A stretch of DNA of 63,761 bases, filler included, from Octopus bimaculoides (taxonomy: Eukaryota): NCBI RefSeq assembly GCF_001194135.2. It is 6 parts of 6 records of this genome, joined end to end, with 100 filler letters (N's around TTAATTAATTAA, not from the genome) between each part and the next. Parts side by side here need not be neighbours in the genome. Positions count along the whole stretch, not along the records: positions 7,838 to 23,322 come from NC_068998.1; 5 more parts are not named here. One strand, written 5' to 3'. Each line of letters begins with the position of its first letter. The stretch's first letter is position 1. The translations under genes and the position numbers were made by a program. This document shows positions 10,390-23,422 of the stretch, piece after piece. The notes under the pieces are model-generated. The model had not been told where the DNA came from and did no database searches. It saw nothing but the letters and a program-made list of their open reading frames with translations.

Positions 10390-12651
10390 CGCATCAAACG
10401 TATTTAAAACGATTTACATTATTAGTGGAAATCGTCCGTTTTTGTTATTGTTTTTGTTTTCTTTGTTTCTTTCTTTATTCTTTTTATTTTACTTTTTATT
10501 TATTTTTGTTGTGTGTAGGTTTGTTTTTACATGTTTGATTTTGTTCTAATTTTAATATTCTGTAGAGTATGTGTTGTTGTTTTTCTTTTTCTTCTTCTTT
10601 GGGTTGTTGTTTAACCCGAAGTCTGCAAATAAGCGAACAGAGCTATAATCTTTTCTTTTCTATACTAGGCACAACGCCCGAAATTTTTGGAGAGGGAGCC
10701 AGTCGATTAGATCGACCTCAGTACGCAACTGGTACTTAATTTATCGACCCTGAAAGGATGAAAGGCAAAGTCGACCTCGGTGGAATTTGAACTCAGAATG
10801 CAAAGACGCACGAAATACCGCTAAGCATTTCGCCCGGCGTACTAACGTTTCTGCAAGCTCACCGCCTTAGAACAGAGCTATAATCTTTTCTTTTCTATAC
10901 TAGGCACAACGCCCGAAATTTTTGGAGAGGGAGNNNNNNNNNNNNNNNNNNNNNNNNNNNNNNNNNNNNNNNNNNNNNNNNNNNNNNNNNNNNNNNNNNN
11001 NNNNNNNNNNNNNNNNNNNNNNNNNNNNNNNNNNNNNNNNNNNNNNNNNNNNNNNNNNNNNNNNNNNNNNNNNNNNNNNNNNNNNNNNNNNNNNNNNNNN
11101 NNNNNNNNNNNNNNNNNNNNNNNNNNNNNNNNNNNNNNNNNNNNNNNNNNNNNNNNNATATATATATATATATAAAGGATAAAGAACCCCTTCAGTCATG
11201 AATGACCATGAGATTGCACCTAGAAAGTTACCCTCCGAAGTCCGGGCAAGGTTGTTTATGGAAGACCAGCAGTGGCATAATGTTATCCACCAATGTTATC
11301 TAGGGGAAAGGCAAAGGCCGATACATCTTGGCACCAGCAACGGTGCGACTCGTTTCTATATCAGTGAACTGGAACAACGTGAAATATAGTGTCAAGTATT
11401 AGTATGTCGATCTTGCCCCTTCCCTCAAAATCGTTGCCTTTGTGCTTAAATTTGAAATCATTATTATCCAATATGCCAAGGCAGGGAGATGGCAGAATCG
11501 TTAGCACGCCGGGGAAAATGCTTAGCGGTATTTCGTCCGCCTTTACGTTCTGAGTTCAAATTCCGCCGAGGTCGACTTCACCTTTCATCCTTTCGGGGTC
11601 GATAAAACAAGTACCAGATAAGCACTGGGGTCAATGTAATCGACTTACCCCACCCCAGAAATTTCTGGCCTTGCGCCAAAATTTGAAATCATTATTATCC
11701 AATATGCTAGAGATGATTGCCAAAATCGTTAGAGCGTCGAACAAAATATCTCGCGGTGTTAGTTTCGGGTCTTTACGTTTTGAGTTCAAATCTCATTAAA
11801 GTCAGCTTCGCCATTCGATCTTCTGAGCTTGATATAAAATAATGTATCAGTTAATAAGTACTAAGATTCGATTTATTTAACCTCTGCCAGAAACCATTAT
11901 GTCCTACGTTTATTTCGAAAACAATTAGTTGTGATTTGACGGAGATTCAGTTGTTGTTTCTAGCAGGTCAAACAATCAAGTAGAGGTTCTCTCATTAGTA
12001 GATAAGGGTGTAAGCTGGCAGGGTCGGTAGAGCGATAGTCAGTATGCCTTGTGGTATTTAATGACGTTTTGCAACGTTCTGAGTTGAAATCCCACTTTGC
12101 CTTTCATCCTTATGCTATCGGTAAAATAAAGTAATCGATGTAATCGATTATGTTCTTCCCGCCCAATTTGTAGCCTTGTGTCTATGTCACAAATCAATAT
12201 CGCGCGGGCGCGCGTATTTGGTCAATGTGTGCGTATCTGTGTTTATGATGCGTGTGTGTATGCGTACGCATCCGATTAGATGCTTCTGAGCTTAAGTGTA
12301 TGTATAGCTGTATGCTTGCGTTCAAATACGGGCCTCTGTGTGTGCGTTTGTGCGTATGTCGGTATGTGCGTGTGTGTTGAAGCTATTCTGTATATGAGTG
12401 CTTGTGTGTGCGTATGTACGTCTGTGGGCACGTGCGTGTACGCACGCGCGCATGTATGTGCGCAATTGTGTGCGCATTTGTGTGCGCATCTGTGCGCGCG
12501 CGCGCGCGTGCATGGTTGTTATGAGTGAGCTAGGGATTTTGCTTTAGTGCTTTTTTTGCTTTTTTTCTGGTGTATAGTTAGTTAATAGTGGAAGCAGGAG
12601 GAGACGGATGTAAGGAATTAAATTTTTTTTAAACAGAACTTAAACTGAAAC

Positions 12652-12654
<3 letters not shown>

Positions 12655-12714
<60 letters not shown>

Positions 12715-12762
12715 TAATAATAATAATAAATGCAACNNNNNNNNNNAATAATAATAATATTA

Positions 12763-12802
<40 letters not shown>

Positions 12803-12841
12803 TAAAAATAATAATAATAATAATAATGATAATAATAATAT

Positions 12842-12931
<90 letters not shown>

Positions 12932-12946
12932 TAATAATAATAATAA
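12655..12946. repeat. Long (TAA)n microsatellite
   Basis: Direct inspection. Confidence 0.95.
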
Positions 12947-13941
12947 ATGCAACTAAATACATAAACTGACAAAAATGTTTGTTAGATTTTTTTGCCTTTA
13001 TTTTTTTGTTGTACTTTTTTTTCTCTCTCTCTTCAAATCGCGCGGAAAAACAGTGAAAAATTAATTTCTTAACGAGGAAAGCTTTTACACATTCATTAAT
13101 CCCTCAATAAAATAAAAATTAAAAAAACATAATAAAAACAAAGCTAAACTAAAAGCCGTTGTCTCGAATCCTTACATCGCAGTGTACAGCGACAGTGAGT
13201 TATAGTCGTTGTATACTCCTGCCGTTCCCCTCCAGGGCCACCGACAACGCTACCATCGCCACCATCACCACCATCACTATCATCATTTACCATCAATTCT
13301 AACCACGGCTTCATGTTTTTTAACCGTTGTTCAACCATCAAAACGTTAAATGCCTCCACTTCCATCCCGTTTATTTGCTCGCTCGCCCGACTTTTTGATT
13401 GGTTGGCTGGTTGATTTGTCGCTTGGATGTTCGCCTTGAAGATTTTGTTCTAGGAATGTCTCAAAGTACTATTATTACTGAAGTTATGAAGTATAAAATT
13501 TCTTGTTATTACTATTTTGCTAATGATTAATGATTACTGATTAATGATTACACTTCAGTCATTATTCTTTTGCCTTTTAATCGGTTACCGCCGTCAAGCG
13601 TCAAGCAGTAACATTATTTTGATGCTATTTATTTATTTGCGAAACTTTGCTTCTTTTGCAAGTCATTTGGATCGATTATAATTATAATTATGATGTTCTG
13701 GACTATTTAATTTTTCGGATTATAATTTATCAAGTCTCGTCTTTAAAGTCTTTACATCTACATTATGTTTCGATCCATTTGATTTTTATCAGCGGTTGTC
13801 TTATTTATGATAACGTAGTGTATATACCCTTGTTTCGGACGTGGAACTTTTATTTGTAAATGAGGGATTATAACGTTTTTATGAAGTAGGCCACAGACGT
13901 ATTTACAATTATTATTAAATTTATTTATAGTTAGCTTTCGG

Positions 13942-14156
13942 TAACGGCATCTACAAAGTCTGGGTACATGGGATTAACACATACTTTAAGAAATTATTAT
14001 TTCTTACATTTAATTGTTCATGTTATGATTTTATTTACTCCATGTACTCACATGGGAATTAACACACACTTTAAGAAATTATTATATCTTATATTTAATT
14101 GTTTATGTTATGATTTTATTTACTCCATGTACCCAGACTTTGTGGACACCCTGTAT
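13942..14156. mobile_element. Tc1/mariner-type MITE remnant
   Basis: ACAAAGTCTGGGTACATGG inverted against CCATGTACCCAGACTTTGT; right end GGACACCCTGTATA; internal ~84-bp direct duplication. Confidence 0.6.
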
Positions 14157-16928
14157 ATTAAGTTGATATCAACTCTGGTTTTACTAAGTGCGTAATTCAG
14201 CAACTATTGTACGTACTGCTTCTCTCTAAATTTCCACTTTGAATTTCTGTATCCGTAATGGCTGCGTCATTCTATGTTATTCTTTTTTTCACCATATACG
14301 TTTAAACGTTCCTATAATTCATCTTCCTCCTATTCTTCAAGACTTTCTGGTGCTCACTTATTCAAACTTTTTCAGAGTTGTCCAGTTTCTCCTATATAAT
14401 ACTTCCCCAATATATGAAACATTCTTATATGAGAAATCTGCAATGTTCTGATGTTATATCTTGTATATTTTGCTTGCTTCCGGTCATTGGACTGCCGTTG
14501 TGCTGGGGCACTACCTTGAAGGGTTTAGTCGAACAAATCGACCCCCGGTACTTATTTTTTAAAGTCTAATACTTACTCTTTTTGTTGAAGTGCTAAGTTA
14601 CGGGACGTAGACAAACTAACAATGGTTGTAACAAAAATACACACATATGCACGCGCGCGCATCGTTTCCGTCTACCAAATTCACTCACAAGGGATTGGTC
14701 GGTTCGGGACAATAGTAGTGACACCCTATATTTATGCAATTGGGCTAAACCACGGGTGTGTTATCTTATTATGATATACATAGGCTGTCCCTATTATTAT
14801 TATTTTTTTCAGTAACACTGGCAGCTTCTTCATGCAATGGGGGTCTATTAAAACTATTTGTAATCATTCAGAAGAATCCATGTTTTCTGCTTATTCTGTC
14901 CTATGAATAAGCGTATGAAGTTATTGTTCTACGGGAGGTGGTTTTCAAGATACTACTCCCCGTTGTTTTAATTAATCAGGTTGCAATTTTAAGGCGGTTA
15001 GCTGGCAGAGTCGTAAGCACGCTGGGCAAAATGCTTAACAGCATTTCGTCCAACTTTATGTTCTGAGTTCTAATTCTGTCGAGATTGACTTTGCCTTTTA
15101 TTTTCGTGGGGCCACAAAATAAGTATCAATGGGACACTGGAGTCGATGTAATCGACTTACCCACTTGTGCGAAAAATTTGAAACCAGTATGATTGGTATT
15201 AAAATGCTCAAACTAAGAATGAGTATATAACAAATTGCAGCCCTTTATTTAATAGAAATAACTTATGTTATTTCTATTTCTCTAAGGTGGCGAGCTGGTA
15301 GAAACGTTAGCACGCCGGGCGAAATGCTTAGCGGTATTTCGTCTGCCGCTACGTTCTGAGTTCAAATTCCGCCGAGGTCGACTTTGCCTTTCATCCTTTC
15401 GGGGTCGATTAAATAAGTACCAGTTACGCACTGGGGTCGTTATAATCGATTTAATCCGTTTGTCCCCTCTGTGTTTAGCCCCTTGTGGGCAGTAAAGAAA
15501 TGACTTATGTTCGGGCAAATTGGCTATAACTAAGATTAATGACCGATTGTCTTTGATATCGGTTAGCCCCAGATCAATTCCGGCTCAGCAAATGCTCTTT
15601 TTCACGTTTTACCTTTTTGTTTCTTACAGTCATTAGAATGTAGCCATGCTGTGGCACAGCCTTGAATAATTTTAGTCGAATGAATCGACCCCAGTTTTTT
15701 TATCTGTTTTTAAACTTGGTACTTATGCAATCTATTTCTTTTGCCGAACCGCTAATTTACGGGGATGTAAACACACCAACACTGGTTGTCAAGCGATGAT
15801 GGTGGACAAACACACACACACACACACACACATATACGACGGACTCCTTTCAGTTTCCGTCTACTAAATCCACTTACAGGTCTTTGGTCGGTCCGAGGGT
15901 ATAGTAGAAAACACTTACCCAAGGTGCCACCCAATGAGACTGAACCCTGAACCATGTGGTTTGGAAGCAAACTTTCTTACCACATAGCCACCCTTGCTCC
16001 TATATCCAAAACTTAATTGTTCAGTGTGCGCTCTTTCTCTCTTTCTTTTTTCTTTTTCTTTTCTTTTCGGCTTGTAGGATATGATTTAAGGGAAATTTGG
16101 GTGCTATTTCTAGCAAGATGAACAATCGCTTAGAGGTTCCTTCGTTAATGACAGATTTTACTCTTTGGTGTGTTATTGAGTTGTTTTTTCTCCTGAGGAA
16201 TCTTTGTTTTTCAAAAAGCTTGTTGCTTATTGATGTGATCTGTTTTAGCCTTTTCAAATGTAGCATTTTCAAACCGCTTAGTGGCTTGGGATATGCAACA
16301 AAGGGCCGCTTCGCAATGTTACTAGGATGTTAATTGAATCTTCCATTTCCCTCTATGGATTCTGATGATTTTTTGTTTTGCTCAACGATGTTGGTTTATG
16401 CGTTTTCATGGAAGTGCACGGCGGCTGGATCCCTCTTCACTCTTTCTCACTTGTCATATGTTATTGATTTTTTTCAAAACTTTTATGGCTTTTTCTCCTT
16501 TTCTTTTTTTTTTTGTTTTGGTGGGATNNNNNNNNNNNNNNNNNNNNNNNNNNNNNNNNNNNAGTGATTGGCGTTTTCCATCAGATTTTAGTACTCCTTC
16601 TTAAGGCGGCGTTTTGGTAAAGGAGTCATTAGCGCATCAAATCGATTACCAATGCAGTGTTCGTACCAGCTTTCAAATTCGGATGTCAATACATAAAGTA
16701 TTAGTTCGATACTGGACTTCATCCACCGCCCATCACTCTCACGCTTTCTCTCTCTTTCTCACACACAAAGCACACACACACACACACACACACACTAATA
16801 TGTACCATGCTCTTGTTAATTTGTTGTATATATCTATGTAGACGCAAGCAGGCATATACACTTTTCATACTAACCTATTTTGATTAATTTGATCAAGTAA
16901 TCTATTAGTTAACGACAGCTCAAAAATG

Positions 16929-17061
16929 AGGTCAAACATAAAAGTCAAATATAATGTCAAACATAAGGTCAAATATTGGATCGACCGTTAAATCAAATAT
17001 CAGGTCAAACATAAAGTCCAAATGTTAGGTCAGACAGACGGTCAAATATTAGGTCAGATAT
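16929..17061. repeat. Degenerate 12-13-bp repeat rich in (A)GGTCAAA
   Basis: AGGTCAAACATAA, AAGTCAAATATAA, GGTCAAATATT, AGGTCAGA... Confidence 0.7.
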
Positions 17062-17284
17062 TTATTGTGATTATGTATATTCAATAGTAGTCCTACTTAT
17101 TTCAATGGTGTTATTGTTGTCGTTGTTCACCCTCGAGTCGGCTCTGATCATTTAAAGCGTCTTATTTTCTAACGTATGTCTACAACTACATTATCTAGTA
17201 TGACTTATCTTTATTTTAATACGCTGTTTCTTTAGTTTCAAGACGGGTGCACCACTATTTCTACTCTGTCGAGCGACCAACTAG

Positions 17285-17287
<3 letters not shown>

Positions 17288-17383
<96 letters not shown>

Positions 17384-17401
17384 AGCTTACGTCTTTAAGT
17401 A
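17288..17401. repeat. (CT)n microsatellite
   Basis: Direct inspection. Confidence 0.95.
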
Positions 17402-18427
17402 GTGATGTAGCACGCTTTGTAACCACGTTTCTTCTGTCTTTACACACAAAGTTCAAAAACCATCAACGTCGACTTTGTCTTCCATCCTTTCCAGATCGCT
17501 AAAATATAAAACCAGTCGATTACAATAAAATTATTGTAATCGACTTACCCACTCCACTAAAATTGCCGGCCTTGTGCCAAAATTAGAACTAATTATGTAT
17601 ATGTTGTATTATCTCAGTAGATGGTGGCGGTATAGGTAAAGGCGGTATAACTTAACGGTCCAGCAAAAGAGACCGATAGAATAAGTACCAGACTTTACCC
17701 AAAATATAAGTACTGGAGTCGATTCGTTGGACTAAAATTCTTTAAGGTGGTGCCCCAGCTTGGCCGCAGTCAGATGCTGGAAACAAGTAAAGGGATAAGG
17801 TGTGTGCTGTGTTATTGCATTGAATGGTGATCGTATAAGGTGTGTGTTGTGCGCAGTTGTGTGCAGACAGTGTATTGTCTGAGGTGTGCTATTGAATTGA
17901 GTCTTGCATAAGATGAGGACGGTTCCTAGCAAATCAATTTGTTAACTGTATGTAAATCTGTGAGCACTGATATGGGTTTTTTTAAGAGTTATCCTTCCTT
18001 TTTTATCATACCCTTGGCTTCAGTTATCATTGTTATTATTCTTACATTCTTAACCTTTGTTATACTTTATTTCAAATTCTAGATGATTGTAATTCAGCAT
18101 ATCCTGGCTTCTTGCCGAGTGTTGTCAGAAGGGATCGAGATACTTATCGGAATAGAGAGATTTTCGTTACGGCTTTTTAAAAAATCTTTTACGTTTTGCT
18201 TGCTTGCTTGTTTCAAACATTGGACCGCGGCCATGCTGGAACACCGCCTTGAAGAGTTCAGTCGAACAAATTGCCCCTCAGTAATCATTTTGCTTTTTAA
18301 AGTCTGGTATTTTCTCGATCGTTCACTTTCGCCGAACCACTAAGTTACGGGGATGTAAACAAACTGATATTGCTTGTAAAGCAGCGGGGGAGGAGAGCAA
18401 ACGCAAATGCAAACACACACACACACA

Positions 18428-18493
<66 letters not shown>

Positions 18494-18649
18494 CAGCGGG
18501 CTACCACATAGCTTCCGTACCAAATTCACTCACAAGGCATTGGTCATCCCGAGGCTGTAGGAGAAGACTTTCTGAAGACGCAGCGCAGTGAGACTGAATC
18601 CGAATCCACGCGGCTGCAAAGCGAGCTTCTTCACCACACGGCTATGCCT

Positions 18650-18875
18650 GCGCCTATACGATATACCTTGATCTATTCTCACTCTGGGCAGACGTATACC
18701 AGAAGATTCTGCTCACATCGTTGTCATAGCTCGTGTTTGCTGCATGTTTCTTTTTCCGCTTTCGCATAGAAGTATCGGCAACTTGCCCACTGGTCATAGC
18801 TGTTGACTCGATCGTGTCTGTGAATATACTTGGACTTGGCGAGGAGCGGGCAACCAAAAACGACGTCATCAATTA
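18650..18875 (-). mobile_element. RLE-LINE zinc-knuckle fragment
   Basis: VVFGCPLLAKSKYIHRHDRVNSYDQWASCRYF resembles the HIVSGC..LA..EY..RHD motif of R4-like LINEs. Confidence 0.6.
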
Positions 18876-19039
18876 ACTTTTTTAAACTGATTTCATAATT
18901 TTCTCTTGATGTTAGTGTTTCTGTTCATTGTTTTATTTTATGTAATTAGACGTGGCTAGGCATTAGCGTTAGACAACTAAAATCAAACCTGTTTCTGCTT
19001 TCGTTCAGAATTTTTTAAACGTTAATGACTTTCACTCCG

Positions 19040-19098
<59 letters not shown>

Positions 19099-19212
19099 TT
19101 TACTATAGAAGCCTTATTTTTTATTGCTTGCTTTTACTGCAGTGGGGTTTCGTATTTTCTATTGTATTCATAATAATTTATGCTATATGTCTGCAGTGGC
19201 TTATGTGTCATT

Positions 19213-20565
19213 TCCTTATATATATATATATATAAAACTCTTCGTTTGTCTGTCTGTGTATGTGTTGCCTATGCATTCTCAATCGGCTCCACTAAATCAA
19301 ATCAAATTTTACAAGGTAATAGTATTAGAACGCGCGAGTGTCAATATGTAATTTTAATTTTCATTTGGATTAAAACAATATAACATTTTATCTAAAATAA
19401 TCTTTCTATAGTCAACTATAATAAAGGACATTTTATACCACGACGACGACGACATTACATTTTGTATATGAGTGTATATGTGTCTGAGAGTGTGTGTTTG
19501 CGCGTTCGTTACGTACGACATAGTAAAGGACATTTTATAACAGCACCCCCACCACCCCCACGACAAATTTTGTATATGAGTCTGTGTGTGTGTCTGTGAC
19601 TGTGTGTCTGTTTGCGCCTTCCTTACGTACGAGATAGTAAAGGTCATTTTATACCACCACGACCGCGGCCATGACAAATTTTGTATGAGTGTGTATGTGT
19701 CTGAGAGTGTATGTATGTTTGCGCGTTCGTTACGTAAATGTATGTTTGTGTGTATCTGTCGTATGTATGTGAGTGTATGTGAGAGGGTATGTGTGTGTAA
19801 GTGCATGTGCGATTGTCAATTACACTGATGTAAACTGGCTATGTGAAAGAGTTATACTGGCTCCAACAAATGAAATGGTTGATAAACTTAATCATGAACT
19901 CCTTCAAAAGTTAACAGATACATCAGAAATGACTTTTCAACGACAATTCACACAACAGTCGATCAAGATCAGTCTGTTCAATACCCTGTTGAATTTCTGA
20001 ACACAATTAAACCCACTGGGATCGAATAACATAACTTGACACTAAAGCTGGATTCTCCCATTAGGTTGCTTAGGAATCTTGACCTGCCTCGCCTGTGTAA
20101 TGGAACTCGCTTAATTGTTACTTCCATGAAGCCCCATGTCCTTACTGGCAACAATAATAACAGGTAGTCACAAAGAAGAAAATGTCTTTATTCCAAAATT
20201 TCCTCTCATACCTACAGATGTTCCATTTGAATTTAAGAGGCTTCAGTTTCCAGTCAAACTAAGTTTTGGTCTTTCAATTAACAAATCTCAGGGTCAATCC
20301 CTCAAGGTAGTTGGATTTCATCCCACGGCCAACTCTATGTTGGTTGCTCACGAGTTGGAAACAGCAACAATTTTATCATCTGGCCATCAATAAAAAATTA
20401 TACAATGAATATTGTTTTCTCTGAGGTGCTTCAAAATTGTCTGTTGCCTATGCATAATATAGATATTTTGAAATAATTGTGAGAGAAAATATATCTTCAT
20501 ATTTATTGTTTACTAATCTGAATAAGAACAGCAGTAACCTGAGCAACGCCGGGTAATTCAGCTAG
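19213..20565 (+). mobile_element. Non-autonomous Helitron with PIF1-helicase remnant
   Basis: ERVILAPTNEMVDKLN; YPVEFLN...LLRNLDLPRLCNGTRL; FKRLQFPVKLSFGLSINKSQGQSL; 3' hairpin 20537-20554 then CTAG|T at 20562-20566; 5' TCCTTATATATA..TGTCTGTCTG start (boundary approximate). Confidence 0.85.
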
Positions 20566-20639
20566 TTCTCTATATTTTATGCTGATGTATAAATGCTGGA
20601 GTTTTGGTTATATAACAGTTCTATATGTGTTCTTTTTTT

Positions 20640-21400
20640 TTGTTTTAAATCGTTCTCATGGTACCAATTATTATGATGATTGTTTCTATATTCTGTCCCT
20701 AGATTTTAATTGTCTCCCTATCTATAGATCTTTCTTTTGGTATAATTTCTCCAATTCTCTTAGCAATACATTATCCTCTGTTGTGGGATGATACTTCGAT
20801 TAAGAAGTTCCTTCCTTTCCTCGTGATTCCTGATAACAATATCCGCTGATTATTCTTCATCTTCCTACGATTTGTATTGATAGGAATTCCATGACTATGG
20901 TCGGTTTGTCATTCACCAAGAACTTTTTCTGGTGTATATTTATATTACTTCTTTTCTGTTGGCTTTTCATGGTGCTGGCACACATTCTAGGGAATGAAAT
21001 CCCTAGTTTTTTCAAGTTTGCAGATGTATTCTGCCTTGGATAACACTGAGCAACCAAGAGACAGTGTGATTGTTTCTTCCCGACCTCCTAATGTTCTGTT
21101 GTTAATGTATTCTGGTAGTCTGTGGGTTTTTGATAAAAAAAAAAAGATTTAATCTTGTCCCACAATCAAGAATGTTCCAACCTCAGCTCTTAGTTTTGTG
21201 TTACGCAGTGCTGCAATTTTTTTTTTCTGTCTTCACCATATTTAAGGTGGGGGTTTTTCCGAGTCAAGAAGCTTTTCTTGCCATCGTTTTAACGTGACAT
21301 CATGGAAACCAATCTTAACTTTACACAATTTCTGATGACGTTTCTTCTCTATTCTCACAATTTTCTGTCACTTCAACCTCTTTATTTATTTTATTATTAA
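20640..21400 (-). mobile_element. Decayed R4-like LINE C-terminus (CCHC knuckle + RLE)
   Basis: EETITLSLGCSVLSKAEYICK...VCQHHEKPTEKK*YKYTPEKVL...DIVIRNHEERK...IIIIIGTM, with stops and frameshifts. Confidence 0.65.
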
Positions 21401-21712
21401 TATTTTTCTTTTTGCAGTTGTTAACTTCCTTGAACACATAAACAAGTATTTTGTTTGTTTGTTCTGTTCGTGTGACGTAACTCTTTGCATAGACGCGCGC
21501 AGTGAACCAAGATAGGACTTATTGCAGTGGGGACGTTTACGAGAAGCTGCACGTGTCATTCTCAGCGAATGCAGATGGTCAATAAGCGGACTAGTTATGT
21601 AAGGTTGACAGGGAGGACCGTCAACAACTAGTGGCGGGTCTCTGCTGTTGCTGCTGCTGTTGCTGCAGCTACTACTGTTGTTTTGTTGTTGTTGTTGTTG
21701 TTGTTGTTGTTA

Positions 21713-21922
21713 AGGCGGTGGGCTGGCAGAATCGTTAGCACGCCGGGCAAAATGCTTAGCAGTATTTCGTCCATCTTTACATTCTGAGTTCAAACTCCGC
21801 CAAGATCGACTTTGCCTTTCATCCTTTCGGATCGATAAAATAAGTACCAGTTGAACACTTGGGTCGATGTAATCGACTTACCCACTCCCCCGAAATTGTT
21901 GGCCTTGTGCCAAAATTTAAAA
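21713..21922 (+). mobile_element. Short tRNA SINE with CORE-like domain
   Basis: TGGCAGAATCG A box, GAGTTCAAACTCC B box, GTCGACTTTGCCTTTCATCCTTTCGG..GATAAAATAAGTACC; further copies at ~55-265(-), 3935-4143(-), 9690-9925(-), 10655-10870(-), 11480-11700(+), 12005-12200(+), 14990-15190(+), 15284-15498(+), 21940-22130(+), 28798-28860(-). Confidence 0.85.
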
Positions 21923-22129
21923 CCATCTTCATCATTATTGCACGCCGGAAAAAATGCTTAGCGGCATTTCATCCGTCTTTATATTCTGAGTTCAAATTTC
22001 GCCGAGGTCAACTTTGCTTTCATCCTTACGGGATCGATAAGTTAAGTACCAGTGAAACACTGGGGTCGATCTAATCGATTTATCACCCCCCACACCAAAT
22101 TTCAAGCCCTGTGCTTGTCGTAGAAAGGA

Positions 22130-22166
<37 letters not shown>

Positions 22167-22168
22167 CA

Positions 22169-22199
<31 letters not shown>

Positions 22200-22765
22200 C
22201 AATATTATTCATATACAATCAGCAGATTAGACTGTTGAAAAAAAAAAGAATCCTAACTTCGGGCTACATCAAATAGCCTTAGATGCCAAGAACCCTCCTA
22301 TTGGGCAACAATAAGTAACCTTAGATGCCAAGAACCCTCCTAAGTATCCTAGCTGTCCCTAATAACACTGTTTTCTGCAGCTGTACTAAACTGGGTTTTA
22401 TGCCTATTTCTTCTATCCATCTGTTTAGATCATTAGAGATAGTTCCCAATGCACCTATATTATTATTATTATTATTATTATTATTTTATGTTTGACTTTT
22501 GCTTTGCATTTGTACAAGTTGGATCCAAGTCTCACCCAGAGACCTCAAGAGACAACAAGTTGGAAGTTCATGTAGGTGTTATGCCTAGGGTGTCATATAT
22601 TTGGATTTGTACATAGTGTTGTTCTAGAGAATGTTTAAGAAACCATAAGAAAATTATGTGTTTGTTTTAAAATTTGATTATTATTATTATTATTATTATT
22701 ATCAACATCATCATCATCATCATTATTATTATCATCCTCATTTGTATTTTTTTCTTATTTTCCAG

Positions 22766-23030
22766 TCTTACGTCACATGTACCCTAGGCATCGATTACGT
22801 AGGGTACTGTATGATCACCATGGGTCTGGCTAACGTTCTCAGTTCTGTTATGGTTGCACTCTGTGCCAAATATATTCCCAGGGAAGTGGTACTCGGCTTC
22901 GGAGGGGTCGTACATATCGGACTCATGATTGGATTCCTAATTTGGATACCCGAGAAAAATCTGTTAATATTCTTTATACTGGCGGCATCGTGGGGTGTCT
23001 GTGATGCAGTATGGCAGACCCAGTGTAACA
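22766..23030 (+). CDS. unc-93: UNC-93-like protein, next exon
   Basis: tttccag|TCT TAC GTC...AAC A|gtaagt; SYVTCTLGIDYVGYCMITMGLANV...WGVCDAVWQTQCN matches UNC93A SYVTCTLGIQFVGYVMI...WGVADAVWQTQNN. Confidence 0.92.
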
Positions 23031-23322
23031 GTAAGTAACAATTTCATCATTTCTACACCTTCCTTTTACAATTGGCGTTACTTATCCACTCATGTACTCA
23101 TTCATACTCACACACTCACATACTCACTCCGACACACACACAAAAAAAAACACACACACACACGTACACACACACACACATACACACACACACAATTGTA
23201 AACACTCCTTTCTCGATCTATATATTTTACTTACTATCTTTATCTCTCTCCCCCACGTTCCCAGTCTCACTCCACCCCGTAAATATATATATATATATAC
23301 ACACACATGTACACATACATAC

Positions 23323-23422
23323 NNNNNNNNNNNNNNNNNNNNNNNNNNNNNNNNNNNNNNNNNNNNTTAATTAATTAANNNNNNNNNNNNNNNNNNNNNN
23401 NNNNNNNNNNNNNNNNNNNNNN
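23323..23422. other. Artificial scaffold spacer 2
   Basis: 44 N + TTAATTAATTAA (23367-23378) + 44 N. Confidence 0.97.

Noticed and set aside
10635-10933. Direct repeat of ~63 bp around a SINE
   Set aside because: The second copy runs into a gap; likely overlap artefact plus TSD.
12200-12515. (GC/GT)n potential Z-DNA tract
   Set aside because: Indistinguishable from the abundant purine-pyrimidine microsatellites in this genome.
12629-12969. Poly-I/L/N/Y, HT, YI and CV ORFs across the window
   Set aside because: Translations of (TAA)n, (CA)n and (TA)n microsatellites.
18654-18872. 72-aa ORF with an NLS-like RKRKKK as a novel exon
   Set aside because: Another frame is a retrotransposon zinc knuckle, which explains the segment.
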